Part shown: in pieces, positions 1 to 7,300 of the stretch
Layout of the letters: every line of letters begins with the position of its first letter
Numbering within the stretch: position 1 is the stretch's first letter
Assembly (NCBI GenBank): GCA_964517215.1
Contig: CAZFBR010000001.1
Location: 24,907-88,906 of the forward strand
Length of the DNA stretch: 64,000 nt
Direction of reading: 5' to 3'
Origin: an uncultured bacterium
Lineage (GTDB): Bacteria; DAOPZR01
Translations under genes and position numbers: made by a program
Notes under the pieces: model-generated
The model's database searches: none
Told to the model about the DNA's origin: nothing
Seen by the model: the letters and a program-made list of their open reading frames with translations, nothing else

Positions 1-14
1 GGGCGGAGGCGGAA

Positions 15-356
15 GTGAAATTGTCCGCAGGATACCTGATTTCCGGGCTGGCGCTGGCGGCGTCGCTGCTGCCGGGATGCGTGATTGGCGATCTGTATAT
101 TGACGATCATGTGGCGGAGGGGATGACGTACGGCGCCATCGGCGGCGCGGCAGTCGGTGCCGCCGTGGCGGATGCCAACGGCACCAGCCGCTGGCAGGGG
201 GCAGCATACGGCGCCGGGGCCGGCGCGGTTGCCGGCGGTGTCGTTGGCAGTCAGGTGCCGGCCGACCAGCCGCCGCACACCGGTGCGGCCCGGTCGGTGG
301 TGCCGATCGAGCGCAGCGGCGGATCTGTGTCGCAGGTGCAGCCGACTATTCGCTGA
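15..356 (+). CDS. Gly/Ala-rich lipoprotein (glycine-zipper-like), signal peptide with lipobox LLPGC
   Basis: N-terminal hydrophobic signal ending in L-L-P-G-C; GxxxG/AxxxG-rich core (AIGGAAVGAAVA, GAGAGAVAGGVVG) typical of glycine-zipper outer-membrane lipoproteins. Confidence 0.45.
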   Translation: MKLSAGYLISGLALAASLLPGCVIGDLYIDDHVAEGMTYGAIGGAAVGAAVADANGTSRWQGAAYGAGAGAVAGGVVGSQVPADQPPHTGAARSVVPIERSGGSVSQVQPTIR

Positions 357-387
357 CTGTTGTTCTGACGGGCGCGCAAGCCGGCGC

Positions 388-1108
388 ACGATGCCGGAGC
401 GCGGGTCCGCAGTCAGGTTCATCCCGGAGAATGCCCAGAAGCGCGGCCATTCCCTGCCGGCGCTGGGATATTTGCGCTCCAGCGCGTTCGGCAATTCCAT
501 GCCGGGCAAGTTGCGCAGCCGGTCGCGTTCAAACCGGCGCCGCACGTTCTGCAGATGGCGCTCCCAGTCGGGCCGCAGCGATTCCGGCAGTACGGTCTGC
601 CGGTCCTTGTTCCCCTTGCCGGCGCGCATTGTGAGCACGCCGCGGTCGAAATCAACATCCGTGATGCGCAGCAACAGGCACTCCCGCAGTTGCAGTCCGC
701 ACCCGTAAATCATCCGTGCCATCAGCGCGGACATGCGGGGCATGCGCGTGGTTATCCTGCCGATTTCCGCATGCGTCAGCACCACCGGCAGTCGCCGCCG
801 CTCCGGTGCGCGCACTGGAACCGTTTAGGTCGGTTGGATTGCGGCCGAGGCAGTGGCACAGGAAGAACAGCAGGGCATTGAAGGCCTGGTTCTGGGTTTT
901 CGCAGACACCTGGCGTTCTCCTGCGATAAAAGACAGGTAATTGCGCACATCGGCGGAAGTCACTCCCTGCGGCGGCCGCTCATTGTGCCAGTGCCGGAAC
1001 TGCCGCAGGTAGGCGAGGCAGGTTCTCCGTCTGCGGCGACAACTGCCTGATGCGGATGATACGCCGCATTTCCGCGACGACGGCATCCCAGCGCAGCACA
1101 TCCGCCAT
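388..1108 (-). pseudogene. intI: Integron integrase (IntI-type tyrosine recombinase) remnant: at least two frameshifts, C-terminally truncated (ends after ...DPRSGIVRR; no HxxR/Tyr catalytic box)
   Basis: Reverse-strand translation in three frames gives an N-terminal segment (RRIIRIRQLSPQTE), a SAM-like core-binding segment (AYLRQFRHWHNERPPQGVTSADVRNYLSFIAGERQVSAKTQNQAFNALLFF), then a catalytic-domain segment (RLPVVLTHAEIGRI...LQLRECLLLRITDVDFDRGVLTMRAGKGNKDRQTVLPESLRPDWERHLQNV...LPNALERKYPSAGREWPRFWAFSGMNLTADPRSGIVRR). The ALERKYP...WPxFW block is the insertion specific to integron integrases. Confidence 0.7.
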
Positions 1109-1572
1109 CGACGGTACGGGGACCGATTCGGCGGCAGTGCGGTCTGCTGCCGGCGCGGAGGGCTGGCTGGCACGGTAATAGAGAAACAGGCGCACGGTTT
1201 CCCCCTGCCTGTTTTACCTGCCATGGTGCCTTGATGCGTCCAAGTTCATCAAGGAATTGCTGCAGTTCCTGCGGGGCGTTGCCGCTGGCGGCAGGGACGT
1301 GGCGATACCGCAGGAACAAGTCGATCCAGTATTGATAGAATCTCAACTTCTTGTCAGGAACATGGTGGACTGTGAGGTAATTACCTACTGCGGCTTGTTC
1401 ATCTGGTATCAGTGCTTGTCCCATAGTTATTCCCCTTTTTTGTGGATCAACCCTATACGGGTCTAATATACGGGCGCTGCATGATTTTCACCTCCGTTCA
1501 ATATTATCCTCCCACTGCCATAACATCCTTTCCAGCAAATAATAACAGTATCTATAACATTTCATTAACCTA

Positions 1573-1601
1573 TTGACATTCAACCCACCCAGTGGTACAA
1601 T
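1573..1601 (+). promoter_or_regulatory. Consensus sigma70-type promoter TTGACA-17bp-TACAAT (Pc-like cassette promoter candidate)
   Basis: TTGACA at 1573-1578, 17-nt spacer, TACAAT at 1596-1601; about 40-70 bp upstream of the first cassette ORF and divergent from the intI remnant. Confidence 0.5.
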
Positions 1602-1637
1602 CTAAAAATACGCTGTTATTCTACGGTTCTGTACAAT

Positions 1638-1964
1638 ATGAATGTTAGGCAGTGGATAGAGATAGTGATGACTGCGGATGAAAAGATGGAATGGCCAATT
1701 TGGAAATGCACAGCATTGACCGTCATGTTGTGTGGTGCTCCGGTCTTTGCGTCACCTTTGGGGTTCTCAATAATATCGGTTTTGATTTGGATGCTGCTGA
1801 TTATTATCTATGCCGGAATATTAAAAGTATTTGGTTCTAGTTTTGTGATAGAAGGCGCGATCATCGTACTTGTTATAGCGACTCTTGTTTTTGCGGGCGC
1901 GAAATATTTTACAAATAACCTTCAAGAACAACCCGCGCAACAAGAGATGACAAGCAATGCCTAA
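1638..1964 (+). CDS. Small integral membrane protein (3 predicted TM helices), integron-cassette-like; alternative start at 1668
   Basis: ORF in an AT-rich region; hydrophobic segments (LTVMLCGAPVFASPLGF, ISVLIWMLLIIIYAGIL, AIIVLVIATLVFAGA); its stop codon TAA lies inside the RYYYAAC box of the following attC-like repeat. Confidence 0.5.
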   Translation: MNVRQWIEIVMTADEKMEWPIWKCTALTVMLCGAPVFASPLGFSIISVLIWMLLIIIYAGILKVFGSSFVIEGAIIVLVIATLVFAGAKYFTNNLQEQPAQQEMTSNA

Positions 1965-2024
1965 CTTCGCGCCGCACCACGTTGGCGAAAGACGCGCCGA
2001 CGCGGTGAGCGCTATTCGTTGGCA
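1959..2024 (+). repeat. attC-like recombination site 1 (imperfect palindrome GCCTAAC...GTTGGCA)
   Basis: Begins GCCTAAC (RYYYAAC inverse core), ends GTTGGCA (core-like), internal imperfect dyad; about 80% identical in its ends to the second site at 2673-2736 (shared AACTTCGCG...GAGCGCT-N-TCGTTGGC). Confidence 0.5.
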
Positions 2025-2037
2025 TCCAAGAAATCAC

Positions 2038-2066
2038 TTGACATATAACGTTATACGGTATATAAT
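2038..2066 (+). promoter_or_regulatory. Consensus sigma70-type promoter TTGACA-17bp-TATAAT upstream of higB
   Basis: TTGACA 2038-2043, 17-nt spacer, TATAAT 2061-2066; ATG of higB at 2073. Confidence 0.55.
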
Positions 2067-2072
2067 GGAATT

Positions 2073-2360
2073 ATGATAGAGGATTTCCGGTGCAAAGAAA
2101 CCGAAAGGATCTTTCGGCGCGAGTATTCGCGGAAGTTGCCTGCTGGTATTCAGCGGGTTGCTTTGCGAAAATTACGAATGCTGAATCGGAGTTCGACCAT
2201 CGAAGACCTCCGCGTTCCTCCGGGGAACCGGTTAGAAGCCCTTTCCGGCAATCGGAAAGGCGAACACAGCATTCGAATAAATGATCAATGGCGTATTTGC
2301 TTTGTTTGGCGGAATGGTGACGCCCACGCCGTAGAGATCGTGGATTATCACAGGGGGTGA
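2073..2360 (+). CDS. higB: HigB-family toxin (RelE/ParE superfamily, plasmid maintenance system killer protein)
   Basis: 95 aa; LRVPPGNRLEALSGNRKGEHSIRINDQWRICFVWRNGDAHAVEIVDYH matches the HigB_toxin family signature; precedes the antitoxin with a 3-nt gap. Confidence 0.85.
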   Translation: MIEDFRCKETERIFRREYSRKLPAGIQRVALRKLRMLNRSSTIEDLRVPPGNRLEALSGNRKGEHSIRINDQWRICFVWRNGDAHAVEIVDYHRG

Positions 2361-2363
2361 ACT

Positions 2364-2660
2364 ATGAAAAAGATTCCGGTTGTACATCCAGGCGAGATAC
2401 TAAACGAGGAGTTTCTCAAGCCTCTGAACATCAGCCAAAACCAACTCGGCAAAGGACTCGGTGTATCCGCCCGAAGAATCAATGAAATCATCCACGGCAA
2501 ACGCGCCATCACAGCGGATACCGCACTAAGGCTATCTAGGTATTTTGGCAATTCCGCTAGTTTTTGGCTGGGTCTGCAAATGGACTACGAGCTCGATATG
2601 GCCGATGATGCCCTCGCCTCACGTATCAACAGGGAAGTCCAGCGCCTGAAGGTCGCATGA
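2364..2660 (+). CDS. higA: HigA-family antitoxin (XRE-type HTH)
   Basis: 98 aa; PGEILNEEFLKPLNISQNQLGKGLGVSARRINEIIHGKRAITADTALRLSRYFGNSASFWLGLQMDYEL is the canonical HigA HTH. Confidence 0.85.
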   Translation: MKKIPVVHPGEILNEEFLKPLNISQNQLGKGLGVSARRINEIIHGKRAITADTALRLSRYFGNSASFWLGLQMDYELDMADDALASRINREVQRLKVA

Positions 2661-2672
2661 CGACACAGCGGT

Positions 2673-2736
2673 GCCAACTTCGCGTTGCGGCGCTTCGCCG
2701 CTGGCGCGGATCAACGCAGAGCGCTCATCGTTGGCC
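2673..2736 (+). repeat. attC-like recombination site 2 (GCCAAC...GTTGGCC), paralog of site 1
   Basis: Starts 13 bp after the higA stop; GCCAACTTCGCG...GAGCGCTCATCGTTGGCC; dyad ends GCCAAC/GTTGGC. Confidence 0.5.
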
Positions 2737-2957
2737 GTATGAAGACGACAATTAGATTATGAGATAAAATGAAGAATTGATGAATTCGGAAATACGGGCA
2801 TTCTTACATCGTACGCGCGAGGCAAGTGGCTTCCGGACAAAAACGGAAAGGCGGAAATCGCCAGGTTGCGGCAGCATGCTCACTCGACCCTGCAAAAGAG
2901 TAAAAGGATAAACACAGTACCGCATCCCTTACGCACGGATCACAGAAAGCTCATCTG

Positions 2958-2986
2958 TTGACGCAATGTAAAAACTGTGATAAAAT
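2958..2986 (+). promoter_or_regulatory. Strong sigma70-type promoter TTGACG-17bp-TAAAAT upstream of tRNA-Cys
   Basis: TTGACG 2958-2963, 17-nt spacer, TAAAAT 2981-2986; tRNA starts at 3073. Confidence 0.45.
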
Positions 2987-3072
2987 CAATGATTGTACGG
3001 GTCGTGGTGTCGCTGCCCGGGCCGCTGGTCGGCCGGCGGGCGGCGGCGGTTTATCCCGCGACAGCGTAACGA

Positions 3073-3148
3073 GGCGGCGTAGCCAAGTGGCTAAGGCGAC
3101 GGTTTGCAAAACCGTTATTCACCGGTTCAACTCCGGTCGCCGCCTCCA
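3073..3148 (+). tRNA. tRNA-Cys (GCA), CCA encoded
   Basis: 76 nt; 7-bp acceptor stem GGCGGCG/CGCCGCC, anticodon stem ACGGT/ACCGT with loop TTGCAAA (anticodon GCA), T-arm ACCGG-TTCAACT-CCGGT. Confidence 0.85.
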
Positions 3149-3173
3149 TTTTTTGCAAGGAGTTTCCCAACTC

Positions 3174-3761
3174 ATGACTGACGAAGGCCGTCGCGTCTAT
3201 TCCAATAGCGAACGCGAAAAGATGGACCGCGGACAGAGTTTGATCCCGGATCTGGTGGAAAGCTTGTGGGTGGAGAAGCGCCGCCTGTATGCCCTGCGCG
3301 AGCTGCTGGTCAAGAACAACGTTGCCACCGCGCTGGAGCTGATCAATGACCTGCTGAAAATCAAGCAGGCGCGCGCGGACCGCAAACGGCCGCCGTTGTG
3401 GATGCAGTTTACCACCAGCGACGGCGTGCTGGTGGCGCGCGGCCAGACCACCGGCTACAATGAAAACGGGCTGGGGGCGCGAGTCGACTTTTTCTGGCAG
3501 GACAAGACCGCCTCCACCAAGGCCTCGGACCTGGCGGAACGGCCGGGCACGGTGGTGCTGTACTGCCCGCCCGGCGAATACTATCCGTACCCGCTGCCGG
3601 CAAAGCTGCTGCGGGTCGAGGCCTGCAATTCGCTGGAGCGCAAACAGGCGTTCGTTGCCATCGAGTTCACCCCGCCCATCATGAGCGACCTGCTTGAGGC
3701 GCTCACCGATTGGGCGGAGCAATGCGAGCGCTATCAGGCGCAGCAGCACGAAGGCAAGTAA
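3174..3761 (+). CDS. Hypothetical protein (196 aa) between two tRNA genes
   Basis: ATG at 3174 preceded by AAGGAG; the longer six-frame ORF from 2958 would overlap tRNA-Cys, so the internal start is used; no recognisable domain. Confidence 0.4.
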   Translation: MTDEGRRVYSNSEREKMDRGQSLIPDLVESLWVEKRRLYALRELLVKNNVATALELINDLLKIKQARADRKRPPLWMQFTTSDGVLVARGQTTGYNENGLGARVDFFWQDKTASTKASDLAERPGTVVLYCPPGEYYPYPLPAKLLRVEACNSLERKQAFVAIEFTPPIMSDLLEALTDWAEQCERYQAQQHEGK

Positions 3762-3775
3762 CCATGTCCACCCGC

Positions 3776-3851
3776 GGGCTCTTAGCTCAATGGTTAGAGC
3801 ATCGGACTCATAATCCGGCGGTTCTGGGTTCAAGTCCCGGAGGGCCCACCA
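3776..3851 (+). tRNA. tRNA with CAU anticodon (elongator Met or lysidine-type Ile2; not initiator), CCA encoded
   Basis: 76 nt; acceptor GGGCTCT/AGGGCCC, D-arm GCTC-AATGGTTA-GAGC, anticodon loop CTCATAA, T-loop TTCAAGT; the G1-C72 pair excludes initiator; resembles E. coli ileX-type more than metT. Confidence 0.8.
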
Positions 3852-4070
3852 CTTTCGCCAGTGCCGTCCGCCTGCTGTCGTTCGCCCTGGTGGCGGTGCT
3901 GCTCGCTGCCGTCGCCGTCGCGGTCAGCACCATGGTGCCGGAGAACGGCGTCCGCACCACCGCCTCGAAGTACGCTGTTTCCAAAGACGATACCCCCTAC
4001 GCCTGATCCCCCGCCGGGTTTGCGCTCCCTGCCGGCATAATGGTATTATCCCCACCGGAGGGCGTGTATT

Positions 4071-4832
4071 GTGGCGATGCTCGAAATGGCCGGGGTGTAT
4101 ACCACGCTGGAGCACAAGGAAGTGCTGCGCGGTGTCAGCTTTTCCGTCGCTGACGGCGAAACCCTGGTCATCATCGGCCGGAGCGGCACCGGCAAGAGCG
4201 TCATCCTCAAGCATCTCATCGGCCTGATGCATCCGGACCGCGGCGCCATTTTTGTCGGCGGGACCGATATTGCCGCCTTGCGCGGCCCGGCGCTGCGCAC
4301 CGCCTGCCGCCCGGTGGCGATGCTGTTCCAGAACGGCGCGCTGTTCGATTCGCTGCGGGTGTGGGAAAACGTCGGCTTTCACCTGCTCGAGAATCTTGAC
4401 CGCCCGGTGGCGGAGGTGCAGCGGGTGGTGCGCGAAAAGCTGGCGCTGGTCGACCTGCACGGCGTCGAGCAGCTCATGCCGGCGGAACTGTCGGGCGGCA
4501 TGCGCAAGCGGGTGGCGCTGGCGCGGACGCTGGCACTGGAACCGCGGGTGCTGCTGTGGGATGAACCGACGTCGGGGCTTGATCCGGTGACGTCGGACAT
4601 CATCAACCGGCTGATCGTGCGCACGCGCGAGCAGCTCGGCCTGACGTCGGTGGTCGTCACCCACGACATGACCAGCGCCTACCAGGTCGGGCAGCGGATC
4701 GCCATGCTGCATGCAGGACGCATTCACACCATCGGCACCCCGGACCGCATCCGCGCCACCACGGATCCGGTGGTGCGGCGGTTTATCACCGGCGATGCCA
4801 GCGATCTGGTCGCCGCCGGGAACGGGGAATAG
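4071..4832 (+). CDS. mlaF: ABC transporter ATP-binding protein, MlaF/Mce-type
   Basis: Walker A GRSGTGKS, signature LSGGMRKRVALARTL, Walker B LLWDEPTSGLD; directly followed by an MCE-domain protein. Confidence 0.8.
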   Translation: MAMLEMAGVYTTLEHKEVLRGVSFSVADGETLVIIGRSGTGKSVILKHLIGLMHPDRGAIFVGGTDIAALRGPALRTACRPVAMLFQNGALFDSLRVWENVGFHLLENLDRPVAEVQRVVREKLALVDLHGVEQLMPAELSGGMRKRVALARTLALEPRVLLWDEPTSGLDPVTSDIINRLIVRTREQLGLTSVVVTHDMTSAYQVGQRIAMLHAGRIHTIGTPDRIRATTDPVVRRFITGDASDLVAAGNGE

Positions 4833-4835
4833 GTC

Positions 4836-5924
4836 ATGGACGAACAGCACCAGTTGAAAGTCGGCATCACGGTGATCGTCGGGTTCATCCTGCTGGCCGC
4901 GATCATCTTCATGGTCAGTGATTTCCACCTGCTGACGCCGGGCTCGACCTTTTTCGTCACCTTCAACTTCGCCAACGGCCTCGCCGAGGGCGCCCCGGTC
5001 ATGGTCGCCGGCGTCGAGGTGGGAACGGTCGAGGCGATTGATTTTGTCACCGACAACCAGGGCAACACCCGGGTGCAGCTGACGGTGTGGGTCAACCGCC
5101 GCGCGCGGGTGTTCCGCAACTCCAAGGCCTTCATCAACACCCTCGGCCTGATGGGGGAGAAATACCTCGAAATCACCACCGGCGAAGGCGGGGAGCAGCC
5201 CATCCGCGAAGGGGATGTGCTGGCCGGCACGGACCCGATCCGCCAGGACGAGATCCTGTCGCGCGGGGCGGAACTGGTGCGCGAATTCCAGTCGTCGGTG
5301 GCGGCGGTGAACTCCATTCTCGGCGAGGCGGGCACCCGCGACGACATCCGCAACACCCTGCACAACATGAACAACATCTCGCGGCGGATCGACAGCATCA
5401 TCGAGAAGAACGAGGGGAGCATCAACACCTCGCTGGCCAACTTCGGCCAGGCGTCGACGCGCCTCAACAGCACGGTGCAGACCTTCGACCGCATGATCAC
5501 CGGCAACGAAAAGGGGCTGACCGAGTCGATCCAGAATTTTTCCACCGGGATCGGCGAACTGCGCCTGATGGTCAGCGAAAACCGCCCCGGCCTGACCCGC
5601 GCGGTGCAGGACTTCCAGACCTTCTCGGGCGACCTGGCGGCCCTCACCCACGGCAACCGCGCCACCCTCGGCACAACCATCACCAACGTCGGCGAGGCGA
5701 GCGGCAACCTCAAGGGGGTGCTGGAGAAGATGGATGCGGTGCTGACCCGGATCAACAGCACCCAGGGCACGCTGGGCATGCTGCTCAACGATGCGACGGT
5801 GGGGAACAACCTGCGCAAGTCGTCGCAGGACCTGCGCGAGATGATCGCCTACGTCAAGTACCGGCCCTGGCTGCTCTACCGCAGCAGCGACGAGCCGCTC
5901 CGATACGGCACGGAAGAGCCATGA
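4836..5924 (+). CDS. mlaD: MCE-domain protein (MlaD-like) with long C-terminal helical extension
   Basis: N-terminal TM helix plus MCE fold (FFVTFNFANGLAEGAPVMVAGVEVGTVEAIDF); 362 aa. Confidence 0.75.
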   Translation: MDEQHQLKVGITVIVGFILLAAIIFMVSDFHLLTPGSTFFVTFNFANGLAEGAPVMVAGVEVGTVEAIDFVTDNQGNTRVQLTVWVNRRARVFRNSKAFINTLGLMGEKYLEITTGEGGEQPIREGDVLAGTDPIRQDEILSRGAELVREFQSSVAAVNSILGEAGTRDDIRNTLHNMNNISRRIDSIIEKNEGSINTSLANFGQASTRLNSTVQTFDRMITGNEKGLTESIQNFSTGIGELRLMVSENRPGLTRAVQDFQTFSGDLAALTHGNRATLGTTITNVGEASGNLKGVLEKMDAVLTRINSTQGTLGMLLNDATVGNNLRKSSQDLREMIAYVKYRPWLLYRSSDEPLRYGTEEP

Positions 5925-7300
5925 CCGCCAAAAAGGCGCGGGTTGCATTCTTCTGCAGCGACTGCGGCGCCACGGCGCCCGGCTGGCTGGGCCGCTGTCC
6001 CGGCTGCGGCAAGTTCAACACCATGGTCGAGGCGCCGGCCGCGGCCGCGCCGCATCGCGCCCGCGCCGCGGAACGGCCGGCCGCGCGGGCGCTGACCCTC
6101 AGCCAGATCCCCGCCGACCAGCTGGACCGCTGGGACACCGGCTTCGGCGAGCTCAATCGCGTGCTGGGCGGCGGGCTGGTCCCCGGCTCGCTGGTGCTCA
6201 TCGGCGGCAGTCCGGGGATCGGCAAGAGCACGCTGCTGCTGCAGGCGGCGGCGGCGCTGGCCGGGCGCGGCAAACAGGTCCTCTACGCCACCGGCGAGGA
6301 ATCGGCCGGCCAGCTGGCGCTGCGCGCGCGGCGGCTCGGCATTGCGGATCCGCGCCTGCGCGTCATCGCCGAAAGCGACCTGGCGCAGATTTTTTCCGCC
6401 GCGGACGGCTGCGAGCTGCTGGTGCTCGATTCCATCCAGGCGGTGTTCCATCCCGACGTGCCCGCGCTGCCCGGCACGGTCAGCCAGATCCGCGAATGCA
6501 CCGCGCAGCTGGTGGACTGGGCCAAGCCGCGCAACACGGCGGTGTTCATCGTCGGACACGTCACCAAGGAGGGCGCGCTGGCGGGCCCGCGGCTGCTCGA
6601 GCACATGGTGGACACGGTGCTCTATTTCGACAGCGACCAGCAGCTGTTCCACCGCATCATCCGCGCGGTCAAGAACCGCTTCGGCGCCACCAATGAACTC
6701 GGCATCTTCCGCATGGTCGAGGGCGGGCTGGAGGAGGTCAGCAACCCGTCCGACCTGTTCATCAACCAGCGCCCGGAACCGATTGCCGGGACCGCGGTGG
6801 CGGCGGTGATGTCCGGTTCCCGCCCGCTGCTGTGTGAAGTGCAGGCCCTGGGCGTGCCCACGGTCTTCGGCAATCCGCGGCGGGTGGCGTCGGGCATCGA
6901 CTACAACCGCCTGCTGATGATCCTTGCCGTGCTCGAACGCCGGGCCGGCATCCCCGTCAGCACCCGTGATATCTACGTGTCAGTCACCGGCGGGCTGCGG
7001 GTCAGCGACGATCCGGGCGCGGACCTGGCGGTGGCGCTGGCCGTGGTTTCGCACCTGCGCGACCGGCCGCTGCCGGTCGGGCTGGCCGCCATCGGTGAAC
7101 TGGCGCTGTCGGGCGAGATCCTGCCCGTGCTCGGCGGCGAGACCCGGCTGCGGGAAAGCGCCAAACTCGGGTATACCCGCGCGGTCGGACCCGCGCGGCA
7201 CATGGGCGACAAGCATCCGCTCCCGTATGCAGGAGCGTATAATCTGCACGCGGCCCTGGCGGCCGCGGAACTGTTGACGAAAGGAGGTACCGACGCATGA
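5921..7300 (+). CDS. radA: DNA repair protein RadA/Sms
   Basis: N-terminal Zn ribbon CSDCGA...CPGCGKFNT, RecA-like Walker A GGSPGIGKST, KNRFG motif, Lon-like C-terminal domain; start ATGA-overlaps the mlaD stop. Confidence 0.9.
   Translation: MTAKKARVAFFCSDCGATAPGWLGRCPGCGKFNTMVEAPAAAAPHRARAAERPAARALTLSQIPADQLDRWDTGFGELNRVLGGGLVPGSLVLIGGSPGIGKSTLLLQAAAALAGRGKQVLYATGEESAGQLALRARRLGIADPRLRVIAESDLAQIFSAADGCELLVLDSIQAVFHPDVPALPGTVSQIRECTAQLVDWAKPRNTAVFIVGHVTKEGALAGPRLLEHMVDTVLYFDSDQQLFHRIIRAVKNRFGATNELGIFRMVEGGLEEVSNPSDLFINQRPEPIAGTAVAAVMSGSRPLLCEVQALGVPTVFGNPRRVASGIDYNRLLMILAVLERRAGIPVSTRDIYVSVTGGLRVSDDPGADLAVALAVVSHLRDRPLPVGLAAIGELALSGEILPVLGGETRLRESAKLGYTRAVGPARHMGDKHPLPYAGAYNLHAALAAAELLTKGGTDA

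Noticed and set aside
652-1424. Two separate intact small ORFs on the minus strand (652-1224, 960-1424) as independent genes
   Set aside because: Their translations are fragments of one integrase split by frameshifts. Treated as a single pseudogene.
2958-3173. N-terminal extension of the 2958-3761 ORF
   Set aside because: It would translate straight through tRNA-Cys (3073-3148). An internal ATG at 3174 with an AAGGAG RBS is the plausible start.
3776-3851. Initiator tRNA-fMet
   Set aside because: A G1-C72 Watson-Crick pair and no three consecutive G-C pairs at the base of the anticodon stem; bacterial initiators have a 1-72 mismatch.
3924-5948. 674-aa ORF on the minus strand antisense to mlaF/mlaD (and similar long antisense ORFs at 5087-7300 N-terminal extension, 6973-7860, 10336-11385, 12308-13681, 15399-16580, 18121-19704, 21684-22430, 23096-25672, 42125-43732, 44367-45359, 47364-50165, 51368-53035, 53087-54514, 54364-56130, 59354-60961, 62494-63786)
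   Set aside because: Open frames of this length are expected on the opposite strand of real genes at ~68% GC. Their translations are Arg/Ala/Gly/Pro-rich low-complexity with no motifs, whereas the sense strand encodes clear homologs.
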